A stretch of 64,000 nt of DNA from Utricularia gibba (lineage: Eukaryota; Plantae; Magnoliophyta). Shown here piece after piece: positions 62,788-64,000 of this stretch. Position 1 is the first letter of the stretch. The number at the start of each line of letters is the position of its first letter. A model generated the notes under the pieces. That model saw nothing but the letters and a program-made list of their open reading frames with translations. It was not told the origin of the DNA and ran no database searches. The DNA is taken from assembly GCA_002189035.1 (NCBI GenBank), contig NEEC01000007.1, positions 2,604,001 through 2,668,000 of the forward strand, read 5' to 3'. Position numbers and translations under genes: made by a program.

Positions 62788-63156
62788 CGTCATGAGCAGA
62801 GATCAAGAGTCTGTCTTGTAGATAAGGAAGGGGCTTTATTTTCTGTCATATGAAGCTGTTCTTCTTCGCCATGTTGATGATCATGAGCGGCAGTTGTACA
62901 CTGAAACTGAAAGCACTTCTGCTCTTTTACGTGAGTTGCTGTGATCATTTTCTCATGATCTACGATGACCTCCCAGGGGCACGTTCCAAGAGATGGAACC
63001 AGCAACCAGCTAAAGGATCCATCTAGTGTATATCATCAGAAAAGGTTGGAAGGGCAATAACGTCATCTCACAACATATGAGCAAAGGGTGTAAGGGTAAA
63101 ATGGTCCATAGAGCAAAAGGTGCTTGTCATTTTATAATTCTATATATTTCTAATCA

Positions 63157-63510
63157 TGATAATTCACACTAATGTATAATATATTGTTTCGAAACTCATT
63201 TCGAGTCAATTGTATTGATCCATAAAAGCGCGTTCATTGAATGAAAACTTGGTATTAGAAAACTCGAGATGATGTGATTTGAGATTTGAATTTTTATATA
63301 AATTTCATTTTCGAATTGTGATAATTCACGCGATGTATAATATATTGTTTAGAAACTTGAGTCAATCATACATAAAAGTCCATCTATTTGATGAAGACTT
63401 GATATTTGAAAGATGAGTTTATTTTAGTCTACTCTTATCATAAAATAGTTAAAAAACTCGAGATAATGTGATTTGAGACTCAAATTTTGATATAAACCTC
63501 ATTTTCGGTT
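63157..63510. repeat. Imperfect tandem duplication (about 165-190 bp units)
   Basis: TGATAATTCAC...TGTATAATATATTGTTT and AAACTCGAGAT(G/A)ATGTGATTTGAGA each occur twice. Confidence 0.7.
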
Positions 63511-63791
63511 TCTAACACACATTTTAGGGTTAATATATGGACTTTTACCTAATAGATTTATTAAATTAATAAAAATATGTATAAAAAAATCGTCAACCGT
63601 TTTCAAGTTCAATTGTGATTAAATTTAATGAGAATTATTTTTAATAACGATTTTTTTAGATGTGATAAAAAAATTTAAAATTAAGTCGTCGGCAGTTCAA
63701 TCCTGTTGTTTTTCAGGCGGTTTTGAATCTTCACCTCGGCCTCCTCCCTGGGGATTCTTGATCTTGAATCAAGCGGTAGAGCACAGCGATC

Positions 63792-64000
63792 ATGGGCGGC
63801 GATGGTATAAGTGCATCTTCTTTAGCTGGTAGTGGCGTTTTTTTTAACTTCATAAGAAGCTTTATTTTCCTAGACTTGTGTTGTGTGGACGTACTTTATA
63901 CAAAAATTCGTCATTTTGTGATCACGAGAATGAGTTCTTTGTCTTGCAGTTAACTACGCACTTGATAGCGATGTTTCCAGGTGCTTTTATGTAGTTCACG
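63792..64000 (+). CDS. Possible first exons of a gene running off the window
   Basis: ATG at 63792, exon to 63828 (phase 1), acceptor at 63949; spliced MGGDGISASSLAVNYALDSDVS. Not recognised. Confidence 0.3.

Overview
Gene-dense eudicot plant nuclear DNA with short introns (often 65-110 nt). Apparently intact genes: HVA22f (3' part), ARPC1, PPR EMB975-like, HsfA4-like, PLS-DYW PPR, RabA1, PLA1-IIdelta, SIP1-clade trihelix factor, proteasome alpha-6 (PAA), RINGLET homeobox-DDT (three 1-bp G/C-run frameshifts, probably assembly errors), tyrosine aminotransferase, early-nodulin-like phytocyanin and HINT3. Decaying genes: two 14-3-3 epsilon-group pseudogenes, a PDCB5-like X8 pseudogene and a TPX2 pseudogene. 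Transposons: a complete 3.9 kb LTR element with TSD and tRNA-Lys PBS, a 1.9 kb Mutator-like element with 9-bp TSD, hAT-type MITEs and a probable DNA-transposon remnant. The three best leads: (1) the LTR element is a non-autonomous Tat/Retand-type derivative that has lost gag-pol and kept essentially only a spliced antisense gene with its own TATA box; (2) a triplicated, unrecognised ~122-aa membrane-protein gene sits in a nested duplication at 22.6-36.6 kb; (3) an orphan 3-exon coiled-coil gene lies beside a 165-bp tandem array whose core motif recurs in the Mutator-like element. Family assignments come from manual translation and recalled family motifs; no database search was run.
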